A stretch of 64,000 bases of DNA from Balanoglossus misakiensis. Taxonomy: Eukaryota; Animalia; Hemichordata. The stretch spans positions 13,833,903-13,897,902 of the forward strand of contig CM082577.2 of NCBI GenBank assembly GCA_040954595.2, given 5' to 3'. The notes under the pieces were generated by a model. It worked only from the letters and a program-made list of their open reading frames with translations, had not been told where the DNA came from and made no database searches. Within the stretch, counting starts at the first letter, position 1, and every line of letters begins with the position of its first letter. Shown here piece after piece: positions 25,001 to 36,198 of the stretch. The translations under genes and the position numbers were made by a program.

Positions 25001-28000
25001 CTATCGTGTTTACAAGTGGGATGGAAGTTGTGTGTGGTCGAACGTTGATCTATACTATATGTAGAATAACATAAACGGTGTCTTGTATCAAACATAATTA
25101 ATGGAACAATTGCAGCGAGAGAGAGACTTTGTCCCTTTAATGTAACTATCCCACCAGTTTATATATAGTAGTTAGTACAAATGTATGGACAATCAATGGG
25201 TAATTTGACTCTAGTGTATGGGAATTTATGTTATGTACACAAAGTGTCAAAGGCCACATAAAGTGATCAAAAGTCATATCATTTGATCTGGATATGAGGA
25301 TAATGATGAGTTCTATTTTAAGCTTTTTCGTTATTTTAATTTATATAACGAAGGGTGTGTGCTAACTCACTTGTATTTACTCTAAAAAAAATATTACCAT
25401 TTGCCCTGAAGGCCATGAAATCTTCTTTCTACACTAGAGACACGCACGCAGACTGTCTTATTTTTGTTAAAACCTCATGCTATGGTCAATAGATCATGCA
25501 CATGTATTGTGAAGGTATTAAATGAAACTGAATACTGCAACGCTGTGTATTCTACATGATTGTCAATGTTAAGGCACTTTCTCAAAAGAAGTGTAAACTT
25601 CACATCTGGTTTTACATTGTACGTAAGTCTAATAATTCACACTGACATTACATGTAGAAATAAAATGTTATTCCCAAACCAAGAGACAAGACCTTGATAT
25701 ACATTTGTACATACATGATGTACATGTATACTTTAAAGGGGAAATCCGCTGTAGCTGATTTCTACATAATTTGGTAGCTTTGATGTCTCTCTTTCAGAAA
25801 AAAACATATTCGCCATGTATAGGTCGCGCGATTTTTTACAAAATCTGGGGAAAGTTGGCAGAATTTCCAATATGGCGTTTACTGTAATTTGAATCATGGG
25901 AAAAAAAGCGCCAGGAGCAACTTCCGCCCACCATGGTGTGGGTGATACCATTCTCCGATTGGTGTCACTGGGCGACAGACTAGGCGTATTTTCATAGCTA
26001 TTGTTTGTTCTTTGCATCAGTTGATAAACAATCATCAGCAAAGTCGAAAATTTGTCATCTATTGACAGTTTTCATGAGCTATAACCCATGAAAAATATGC
26101 CAATACGCTTAGCTTGTGACACAGTGACACCAATCGGAAAATGGTATCACCCACACCAAGGTGGGCGGAAGTTGGTCCTGGCGCTTTTTTTCCCATGATT
26201 CAAATTACAGTAAACGCCATATTGGAAATTCTGCCAACTTTCCCTAGATTTTGTAAAAAATTGCGCGACCTATACATGGCGAATATGTTTTTTTCTGAAA
26301 GAGAGACATCAAAGCTACCAAATTATGTAGAAATCAGCTACAGCGGATTTCCCCTTTAAGCATTGTGGCAGGCAAATCGTTCATATCGAAACAGCAGGGG
26401 TGTAGATATTTGAGCCGGAAGTCGGCGAATAAAACTGGCTACCGTTACTTTTCTTGCTGGCTACTTCCCTCACCCCCCCCTCAAAAAAAAAGGAACACCC
26501 TTTGTCAACTCAATGTCATCCCTCCAACACCTTGATCATCCTGAATTCCATCACTTACTTCTGAAATTTTGCTGCTTACTTTTTTAATACTTTTGAGCTT
26601 GGCTACACGACACCCCTGGTTCAATTTGCTAGGTGAAAGAATTAAAGGGACAAAGTCTCACTCTTGCTGCCCTTTTTCTATTAATTATATTTGATACAAG
26701 ACATCATTTATATTATTCTACATGTGGATATATAGTGAATCAATGTTCGATCACACACAACTTCCATCCTGTTTGACGGATATGAGAGTACAAATGAAAT
26801 CTCGCCATTGAATGAATAAATGGTAAACACCGATTATTCAGTGAGCGAGTTTTTCACTTTCGTGTCTACAAGTGGAAAGGAAATTGTGTGTGGTTGAACG
26901 GTGATTCACTATATATCCACATGTAGAATAACATAACCGGTGTCTTGTATCAAACATTATCAATGGAAAGGGGGCAGCGAGAGAGAGACTTTGTCCCATT
27001 AAAAGTAAATGTTTGTTGCAAAAATATAGGTTACAACTCTTACTTCACACCATATAATATTTCAAGGTTATTTTTCCACAATTATTCCATGAAGTGACAA
27101 ATAATGATGTATGAATTTCTAAGGTATATTTTCCATGGCTCCTTAATCCAGTCACTGCAAACCGCACGGTGCTGCATGTGTGTGGTTCAAACTGAACTTG
27201 TACTCTTTTTTCTGCACATTTTCAATGTTCACCTGAATAAGTTTTACGAATCGGAACTGGATACACAACAAAGACATAAGACTGAACTTTGACAATAACT
27301 ACAAATCACAACTCCAATATTTGCCAACTTTCAAGGTTTTTGACAACTTAGTTTGTCTCACACTTATAGAAAACATGCCAAGATTTGTTGAATGATTGAG
27401 TCTCATGTCAAAAAATGTTCATAGCCACATGACACCATTATTCTTTGTTATGCAAATATTACAACAACAAAACACAGTGTACACATGTAGTCTAACCAGG
27501 CTGACTGTAAATTTTAACCTGCCAACTTTCACCTTGGAGAGTCAAATAAATATGGTCCCAGAATAACTGGAAAAGTTGCTAAAGATATAGGGGGGTTTGT
27601 AAGTTCCAAGTATTTTGGACACATTCATCATCAAAGGAGGGGAATACCCAGACACAGAACATGTTTATCACATTGCATAGCCTTATTATAGAATTTTGTG
27701 GGGGGGGGGGGGACTTTTATAATATTGGTAATATTTTTAATGATATATAAAACATGCTCCAATGACGTTTTAAAGCCTGTGTGGAACTGTGGGGGATTTG
27801 CTTGATTAAGGTGGAAATTTGCCAGATTGTCTTGCCCCCGAGGGGGGGGGGGGGGGCATTTGACAAAAATTTCAAGTCCCCCACTACATGTATGCCCCGA
27901 GGTGGAAATTGCATAATCGAACTACAAACCATAACAAGTTACAATTGTCAGGAATATGAATCCTTGTAAATACAACCTTATTAAAAAGGAATGATAGAGA

Positions 28001-28459
28001 CGATCATTTTAAAATCGATAATTTTAAACTGCTTGCTTCCAGTTAACTCTGTCCGCTCCATGTTTGACAAGTAGTGTTATCATAGACGTCGCAACCTGAC
28101 TACTACCGTTACTGGCGTTAGCCCATGACTGTCGCTCAAGGTTGAGGGGAACCGCTACATTTCAGCGAAGTGAGTTTACCACAGAGGTGAAATCGATTGG
28201 AAAATAACGACTTGTTGAAATTGGGAAGGAATGGGTATTTGGTTTGGATGATTTCGACAGGACGCTGCTAGGCATGTAAAATACAGGTAGGGCCGGGGTG
28301 ATTTGGTGGGCGGATCATCGTGTGCATCAACACTGAGCACAAACGACATCTCACGCGATCGCGACTCTACAAGCGAAATTTTCTTGGCTTACCTTGATCT
28401 TGGTTGAATCCTGAGTACAGGAGGCCGTTGCCGTGTGGGTTCTGGGGTCCTAGATTCAT
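16080..28459 (-). CDS. WDR45B: WD repeat phosphoinositide-interacting protein 3 (WIPI3, PROPPIN/Atg18 family), 344 aa
   Basis: Exons 28393-28459, 22387-22461, 21989-22090, 21166-21253, 20472-20566, 19543-19733, 18742-18827, 18102-18203, 17370-17491, 16080-16186 total 1035 nt. Translation has [38 protein letters not shown], the LRRG lipid-binding motif, [11 protein letters not shown] and [10 protein letters not shown]. Confidence 0.96.
17038..17318. mobile_element. Degenerate palindromic MITE
   Basis: ATACACCTT/AAGGTGTAT ends and inner IR AAAACGAGGCCAGTAAGCCA / TGGCTTACTGGCCTCGTTTT. Confidence 0.6.
17647..17952 (+). mobile_element. piggyBac-like non-autonomous element (TTAA-CCCT...AGGG-TTAA)
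   Basis: CCCTAA/TTAGGG ends flanked by TTAA; reverse-complement homologue at 33384-33689. Confidence 0.75.
18935..19282. mobile_element. Kolobok-like palindromic MITE, family A
   Basis: TTAA-AGGGACAAAGTCTCTCTCTCGCTGC...GCAGCGAGAGAGAGACCCT-TTAA. Confidence 0.82.
23280..24655 (+). mobile_element. Helentron/HINE-like non-autonomous element carrying a ~239-bp tandem repeat
   Basis: About three tandem units starting at 23441, 23680 and 23918; (CATA/CATC)n tract at about 24535-24590; terminal hairpin 24607-24650 followed by an A-run. Related fragment at about 6155-6320. The 5' boundary is approximate. Confidence 0.6.
23441..24110. repeat. Tandem repeat, ~239-bp unit x ~2.8
   Basis: TGCTCTGGATGCCRAGATAT...AAAGGTCACCTGAGGT...TAGCCCTATTGGTTAGCCTGGAATTAGGTATGCACATAATTAATG recurs at 238-239 bp spacing. 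Confidence 0.9.
24950..25140. mobile_element. Family A MITE, right half
   Basis: Ends GAGAGACTTTGTCCCTTTAA and shares the internal GTAGAATAACATAAACGGTGTCTTGTATC. Confidence 0.75.
25737..26355. mobile_element. Kolobok-like palindromic MITE, family B (TTAA TSD)
   Basis: TTAA-AGGGGAAATCCGCTG...CAGCGGATTTCCCCT-TTAA with near-perfect arms of about 230 bp. Produces the duplicated MVSPTP...SGFPL pseudo-ORFs. Confidence 0.88.
26646..26998. mobile_element. Kolobok-like palindromic MITE, family A (complete copy)
   Basis: TTAA flanks and long imperfect IRs. Partial copies at about 2570-2767, 16238-16320, 24950-25140, 30985-32678 (interrupted), 49133-49310, and a diverged end at 62882. Confidence 0.85.
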
Positions 28460-28861
28460 GGCTTTTCTTCTAAAACAGCTTATGAAGATTACAGATACGT
28501 CATGAACGAAAGATAACACACATGAACGAAGTCCAGACTACAACTTTTCCACCATTTTGGATTTTACTTGTTGTTTGTTCCCCCAAGTCAGTGAAAATTA
28601 ATCGAAGATGTTGGACTGTAAACAATTTAATAATCGGTTAATTTGTCAAATCATTAGAAATTCATGAAATCTGGTTAAGTAAAAACTGTCGAAAACATAT
28701 ATTTTGAAAAAAAATGTCCACGGACGTTGTATTTAGAATTCTAAACAAATGAGTGACGACGTATTTTGGATCGACTTAGAGGGCTCTAAAAATCACGTTA
28801 TTTAACGCGAGATTTCCACGCGACCGGGAACTTGGGCGACTGTCCTGTGTGATCGTTCAAC
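28460..28861. promoter_or_regulatory. Bidirectional promoter region shared by WDR45B and ECHS1
   Basis: The divergent start codons are only 402 bp apart. Relatively CpG-rich, with a YY1-like CCATTTT near 28552. Confidence 0.75.
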
Positions 28862-31800
28862 ATGGCAAGTTTGCGTAGGTTGACTGTGACTCTCTGCAGA
28901 AGTGCTACCGTACACTCCCGCCGTGTTCCAATTGTTGCGTCCGCTGTGAGTGGTAGGCACAGTTTTGCAAGATGCATGTCTACAGGTGAGTAATGCAAAA
29001 CGTCATATTTTTACAGAAATACCCGTAGCATTAATTCTCGCTGGAGACTGACCAGTCACCATGGCCATATCATCATCATGAAGGTCTGTGGTATCTCCAT
29101 GATAAAATTGTAAGTACATGTGTGTCATGTAACGTATGCATAGTGACCGTGTACTGGGGCACCACGATTGGGTGAATTTTTCGTGCCATGTAAACTTTCA
29201 GGACTTCCAATCCATCAGTTATACCAATCTCTTCAATTAAACATGTGACAAAAGTAGGTCAAAGGTCATTTTGCAACAGTTATAAAATCCAAGTTGTCTG
29301 CACAAAAATGGTGACTGGCGCTTTCACAACAGCTAGTTTTAAGTCTATACATATTTAATTTCGTTCAAATTGACAACCACAACAAAACTTGTAACATGTT
29401 TATTCTGGTTATAAATTTGAACATAATGTAATCTGTATGATTGGGACACCCCCCCCCCCCCCCCCCCCCCCCCGCGCTCATATTTTCTTTCCTAATTCAT
29501 TGTACACATGAATACATTTCAGGTCAGTATGAGTATCTTCTGGTGGAGAAGACGGGTGAAAAGAAAAATGTTGGACTGATCCAACTGAACAGACCAAAGG
29601 CTCTTAATGCATTGTGTGATGGTTTGATGAAGGAGTTAAAGGAAGTTCTGGATGATTTTGAAGAAGACAAAAACATTGGATGCGTTGTTCTCACAGGTGG
29701 CGAAAAGGCTTTTGCTGGTGAGTAGAACAATTGAAACTTTGAAGCAATAACAATTCAAAGTGGACATGTTCAAGATTATTAGTATCTCAGTATAACAGTG
29801 TTCTCCCCAGGATTTTGGGAAAGTATGGCAACTAATTTGAATAACAATATAATCAATTGTTATGTTAATTAAGTTCTATTGTCTTCTCAAACTTAAAGAG
29901 TGGTGGCCACCATGCTTTAATTGCTGTGGGGAGAACACTGATAACTTGGATCACATTGGATGGTTTGTCAGCTCACATTAATCGATATGGGCACAAATAC
30001 ACCAAAGCGAGTTTACTCGGTCTGGTATGAAGGGAAACATTTGAGTCAACATAATATTTGTAGTGTGAACATTTTTATAACCACCCCTGGTGCTAGCTAA
30101 AACTCCCATGGTTGGTTTGGGAAGCACTGTTAATTGCCTCAGTCTAGAATCAGGCACTGTCTCTAAATGTTTGAGTGTGCACACAAGTGAAATCTTAGGT
30201 CCCCAGCAAGGAATATTGAGTCATCAATAGGTTCTACAGTGTATTTGAATATAATGAATTTAAATGACACTTTATTTCAAATACATACATTTAATTAAGC
30301 AATAGAAATTTGTTGTCTTTTATTGTCACTTGATTGCACCAGAATGAATATGTCGCTCAAAGCTGTCTTTTGTGAACAGTTTTGTTGCTGTACGGGTATA
30401 TCATACATCACACAGTATCTCTCTTTTCCTACACACAGCTGGAGCAGACATTAAAGAAATGGAAGACAGAACCTTTCAAGATGTTGTTGGAGCAAACTTC
30501 TTAGATGATTGGTCAAGGCTGGCGTATATGCGAAAACCAGTCATTGCTGCTGTTAATGGTTTTGCTGTAAGTCAAAATTTCCTTTTATATGAAAACATGA
30601 GCAATACATCCTATAGACTGAAAGATTCAGTCCTGTACGGGCTCTCAGGCTCGCCGCCTAAGACCCTTTCCAGGACTGAAGGCACACTGTTGAAATCCTG
30701 TTCTGCAACAAAATTTTGTTGCAGTCGTTCGGGACGAGGCATTTTCCAGAGCACCCGCACACGACTTAATCTCTCAGTTTATTCATCGTAGTACAACTGA
30801 CATCTTCGATATTTGTGTCTTTCCAAGGCATTGTCTCTAGTCTTAGACTAATTTTGGAATGTCATATCGGGCTTTTTTCAGTCTCTGCACAAAACAACTT
30901 TCTTTGCCTCTCAGTTACATTACTTCTCATTTTGTCCATAATTTGTTGCTGAAACAAATTATCTTCTGAGGCTAGCGTTAGGGTTAATTGTGTTTGATAC
31001 AAGACACCGTTTATGTTACTCTACCACGGGCGTCATGGAACAATAAAGTGTATAGATATTAATAAACGCGACGTCCACAATGAACAAAGAATAAAATATT
31101 TCATGGGTTTGTTTGGCGTGGACGAGAAATGCGCTAGAGCTAGGTCAGTGTTAACTTTATGTGCAAAACCACACCGCATAGGCACCGATCTCGTCTTGAA
31201 CAGTAAAGGCGATGTCTACGCATGCGTGCGCGCCCGCAACTGATCTGCCCTGTGTACGTACGTGAGTACACATATATACAGGGTATGAAACGAATTTTAA
31301 GCCCACCGCCATTTGGCAACTATTACGAAGAGAATCGCTACCAAATCAGAGTATGCGTTTTAGATGACAGAGAAACCTAATGTCTGGCTTTTCAATTTTC
31401 AAAAGTCGGTCGAACAGTCGAGATATTGTCGATCGAAAAGTGTCACTCGTCCTGGGGACGTGCGTTACCGACGTAAATGGCGTTTGGGCGATGTCGCAAA
31501 TTTCTCTCTTCAAGGTATACATAGGACATACTGTTTTCATGCAAAAAAAATCACAGCAAATATAACAGTGATGCACATGAACAACGTCCACCATGACTGG
31601 GAGGAGCTGAGCTGAGCTCACGCATAGTTTCATACACATGATATAAAACCCGGCGATCGTACACGGCACTTCCGGCCACCAGATTCGCAATGGTTTTGTA
31701 TACGGATTTGTTGTATTTTTCACGTTTTCCGTTTTTTATTCATGATTAATCCAACACTTTTCAAGACACATTCTAAGCAAAAATGAAAATTATTGACTAC

Positions 31801-34800
31801 ACTTCGATGGCACTCTGTTCCGTAGAAAGAAGTGTCCCCCCTGTCCCCCCTTTTTGGTAACGCACGTCCCCAGACTCATATGAAGCGATTGCATACCCTT
31901 CCTACTATACACTGTATACGAACGCGTCTGTCCTGGCTAGCAACGGAGTCGTACGATCGTCTGCCGCGCGCGCTGGGCCGGGCGCGTGCGCGCGTGCGGT
32001 TGTAGATTGCTCCACACGTCACTTCCGCGTTCGGCGGCGCTAGTGCGTTCGCTCGCATATTTTGCGAGTCCAGCTGTAGCTAGGCCGTTCGTGAGTGTAG
32101 TTCTCGTTCACATAAAAAAAGGAAATAATTTATTGTGTGTTCGTTTAGACCTATGCTAAATTATCCATACACTTTATTGTTCCATGACGCCCGTGACTCT
32201 ACATGCAGATATACTGTAAAACACTTTATTTTCACGAGTTGAAATTTTCGCGATATCGAGAGAGGCCACTGTTTCGCGAGTATTAATTTTCGCGTTCTCT
32301 TATTTCATTCACTGCATCGTTATCTTTAAAAAAATTACGCGACTTTTTATTTTCACGCCATTTTGGCTCTCGCGTATTTCGCGAAAATTTATTGCTCACG
32401 AAAATAAAGTGTTTTACAGTATAGTGAATCAACGTTCAACCACACACAATTTCCAACGTGAGTGAAAAACTTGCCAAAACGAATAATCCATGTTTACCGT
32501 TTATTCATTTTGGATGACATTTTTCCATGTACTCTCATATCCTACAAACGGGATGGAACTTGTGTGTTGTTAAATGTTGATTCACTATATATCCACGTGT
32601 AGAATAACATAAACAGTGTCTTGTATCAAATGTAATCAATGGAAAAAGGGCAGCAAGAGAGAGACCTTGTCCCTTTAATCCTTTGAGTAGCTTTGTATCC
32701 CACACACACACACACACACACACACAAAGTTAAAGCATAGACCTTGACGCTCGGCCCCATAGACAGTTGTGGGGAGTTGTTTATCCTTACACTGGCTCAG
32801 GCCTGGCAGACAAAACCGTCTCTGAAAAGTTTCAGGACCACTTAAACCGTTCACACATAAAAATTAATGCCAGTACATCTGACCTGAGACGTTTCAGAAG
32901 CGTTTCAAGTGCATGTGAGTAAACCCCATAGCAATCACCCAATCAGTTGATCAATTGATAGTCTATACGTCTGTCAGAAATGCAAGCAAACTCACATCAA
33001 GGTTGAGTGTTAGCCAATAGTTGAAACTTGTGTCTTCGGAGTCATTGAGTGTTTCATGCGACAATCAGTTCTTGTACATGTATCTTCACAGCTCGGTGGT
33101 GGATGTGAGATAGCCATGATGTGTGACATCATCTACGCTGGTGAAAATGCCCAGTTTGGTCAACCGGAAATTCTCCTTGGAACTATTCCTGGCGCTGGTG
33201 GTACTCAGCGACTTCCAAAGGTTGTTGGTAAATCTTTGGCCATGGAGATGACATTGACTGGAAACAGAATCAGAGCGCAGGAAGCTCTTAGTGCAGGTAT
33301 TTCTGTTCTCTTAGCATATATGACATGATCATCCCCCTGATGCAGTTTGCCCATTTATGGCTTACGATGTAGATGAGCATTAACTCTAATGCTTCTGGGT
33401 GTCATACCTGTTTAGAGTGTCTAGTCCCTTAAAATAGGTATTTGCCACTTTTTCTTCTAAAACGTATTTTGACTGTCTTGGCATGGCTCTCACACGTACT
33501 TAGACACACTTGGCAGTTTGAACTCCCGAAAATTGTACCAAATCGTACTGGTTTGCACTGTGTTTGTCTGAGGGTCTTGTATAGGCCCTACTGAGTAACA
33601 CACACTTAGCAGCCTTAACAGGCCTGGGAGCCTGGATTCTGGGCACCCTGGAAATCAAACTAGTTTCAACCGACTTGACAGCGTTAGGGTTAAAACCCTA
33701 ACAGTGCCGAGTCAGTGGCAAAACGTAGTCATTTTCAAATTCCCTTAGAATGCCGGGTATACTTGACCATGGAGAGAATGAATTGGTATCAGACTGAGAC
33801 TGTGTAATGTCAAATATTTCCACAGCTAAATACATACATTGTACTAAACTGTCTCTGCTGGGTAATTTGACTTTGAGACTCCAACTGGCTATGACACCCA
33901 GTAGCATTAGGGTTAATGAATAAGTTTGGGCATTTTGATCACAGAGGTGTAGCCAAGTTCAAAAGTACCGGTAAACAGAATTGCTTGGGCCAAGGGTGGT
34001 TATGGCAGAAAATAGTTTGAGTAGCTGGTCAGGAAAGGCAACATAGCTAGATGTTAATCTACCGGTATCTATCAGCTGATAACCTTTTACCAGTGAATTG
34101 TTTTTTTCATAATGTTTATCAATTTATCCTTTGCAGGGCTTGTGAGTAAAGTGTTCAAATCGGACGAGCTTGTAAGCCAAGCAATCAAGACAGCGGAAAA
34201 AATTGCCAGTAACTCCAAAATGGTGGTGGCAATGTGTAAGGAGGCTGTCAATAGGAGCTATGAAACAACTTTGCAAGAAGGACTGCTTTTTGAAAAGAAG
34301 ATCTTTTATGGGTCTTTTGCCACTGTAAGAATTGACATTTTTACATCAGGTTTTGCAGATTGTTAAAGGCCGACGATCATCTGATGCGCATGTGTGTAAT
34401 TTCATGTGTACAAACAGTATGTCCAATTCATTCAAATAGTGGACTGCTTTCACTTTCTTCCATATATTATGCACACCATATAAGTAAACTTTAGTTTTGT
34501 CCCTTCTTTTCACTTAATTTGCTGTCTTTTCCCAATTTCCAACACACAGTATGGTTGCCGCCATCTTGTCTGTTGTTAGGACAGCACAATGCCTTGTGGC
34601 ATTGACTGTAAACATTTTTTGTAACCAGAGTCTCTGGTTTGGCGCATGTGCATAAGACGATCGTCAATACACATTCTGACAAATGCAGAAACCAAATCAC
34701 TTCAGTCTGCTAAAGTACAGAATAATTTTAACATAGTTGGGAGTAAATGACCTGAACATGACCTTTTACATTGTTTGACCCCTTACTGGTATTCATTTAG

Positions 34801-34952
34801 AATGTAACATACTGGTAGTTGACTGTTTGAAAGGAAAACAGCTACACATAACTGATTTCTTTTATTTCATGTTTTTACTTTCACAGAACGACAGAAAAGA
34901 AGGAATGACGGCATTCAGGGAGAAAAGACCGGCCAACTTCACAGACAGTTAA
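28862..34952 (+). CDS. ECHS1: Mitochondrial short-chain enoyl-CoA hydratase (crotonase), 301 aa
   Basis: Exons 28862-28985, 29523-29717, 30439-30566, 33092-33296, 34137-34324, 34887-34952 (906 nt). Arg-rich, acid-free N-terminal presequence; [62 protein letters not shown]. Confidence 0.96.
29796..29940. mobile_element. Short hAT-like MITE
   Basis: TIRs CAGTGTTCTCCCC / GGGGAGAACACTG; no TSD recognisable. Confidence 0.5.
31025..32195. mobile_element. Non-autonomous TIR element with 7-bp TSD (P-like or unclassified), nested in a family A MITE
   Basis: TIR CACGGGCGTCATGGAACAATAAAGTGTAT and its reverse complement; TSD ACTCTAC at 31018-31024 and 32196-32202. Confidence 0.85.
32214..32419. mobile_element. 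Tc1/mariner-type MITE (TA TSD) nested in the same family A MITE
   Basis: TA-CTGTAAAACACTTTATTTTC...GAAAATAAAGTGTTTTACAG-TA, with internal TTTTCGCG-like repeats. Confidence 0.82.
32745..32900. repeat. Dispersed repeat (reverse-complement copy at ~58990-59155)
   Basis: Shared GCTCGGCCCCATAGA...ATCCTTACAC...CCGTCTC blocks. Confidence 0.65.
33384..33912. mobile_element. Two adjacent piggyBac-like elements in opposite orientation (33384-33689 and 33696-33912)
   Basis: The first is the reverse complement of 17647-17952. The second shares the ends CCCTAACAGTGCCGAGTCAG...GACACCCAGTAGCATTAGGG-TTAA but has a different interior. Confidence 0.72.
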
Positions 34953-35542
34953 AAGTGGAAGTAGCATTCGCAAGTTCAGCTATTAATCAGCATTATTACC
35001 ATTCTGTTCTCATAGACGTGTACTATTTTCCCCGAAGTTTGTTTGTGCGGTGAGTCTAGTGTAAACTGCTAGGTTCGAGATTTCCCTTCATGAGAAGTGC
35101 CATCAAATGTACAGACTACCACACTAAGGAATATGTGAATACAAAGTACTTTGTCCCTAGCAGAAGGCTTCCAGTTTTATTCAGGGAACTTCAGGCCGTA
35201 GTAAAAGCACTTCAGGCTTTTAACTGAACATTATAATTATGCAATCATCAAAGAAAATGAAAATCAACTGTGAAATTTCAACATACTTGCATGACAAACA
35301 ACTTGTGTGTCAAAAACTAAGTCACAATAAAGGAACTTTATGTGAAACTCGTCAGAATTTGTCATTACTAAAATATCCTTCAGAGAGAAAGAAAACTACG
35401 GTAAATGATGTCGCTTTAAATATATACCACAAACACCATTTCAGATTAGTAAGAATGAAAATGTGGCAGGTAAAAAAGGCTTATATATAGTAAGGAGTAC
35501 AGAAAGAATTTCATTGGACAAATGTCAATAATATCACTTTAA

Positions 35543-35866
35543 GGTAGTATCTGCTTCGAAAATTAAGGTCTTAAATTTTTTTCTCAGATTTTGCTTATTG
35601 GCAACTTTTCATTGAGGGGGTCACTGTACAATATTTTGAATGACCGACCAAATTGTCTCTCATTTGAAATTCAAAATGGCCACCATTCTCTGTTAAGTTG
35701 ATGGAGGCAATTTAAAGTAGCTATCGCATGACAAGATGGTGAACACCCAGTTCTCCTCTTTGCTTTCAAAAATGACTCCTCACACACTTGAATATTGCAA
35801 AGAATTTGAAAGGCTTAGTGGACTAAAATTGTTTTCTGAAAATATGTTGCTGAGGTGAATACTACC
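35543..35866. mobile_element. Old Kolobok-like MITE between the convergent ECHS1 and OSTalpha 3' ends
   Basis: TTAA-GGTAGTAT...ATACTACC-TTAA. Confidence 0.65.
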
Positions 35867-36198
35867 TTAAGATCAAGGTTTTTCATCAACCATTGCCGCA
35901 TCGCATTAGAATTTTCACCCATTCCCAAATTAAGTTTGTATTAAACTATCGCATTGATCGCTAGAGTGTGATTGAACTCACAGAAAATTGGAGGTGGCGA
36001 AGTTGAGATCAAATGAAATTTTAATATGTAAGAATACAGCCTCTGTGGTAAATGTGAAAAAACTCATTCATCGGTTACATTGCTGTTTCATATGTGCCAC
36101 ATCTGCTGCTAGCAAAATGCATCAGGTGTACCAGTTTGACATTATAGTCCGGAAGATATGAGGGGGAGGGGGTCTGTGTTTCCACATCACATTCCACG

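Noticed and set aside
25733-26359. Four near-identical ORFs ending ...[11 protein letters not shown] (25733, 26141, 54268, 54569) that look like a small gene family
   Set aside because: They are the inverted arms of family B MITEs, and the stop codon lies in the TTAA TSD.
30567-30791. ORF extension past ECHS1 exon 3
   Set aside because: A canonical GTAAGT donor at 30567 restores the conserved FALGGGCE motif, so the extension is intronic.
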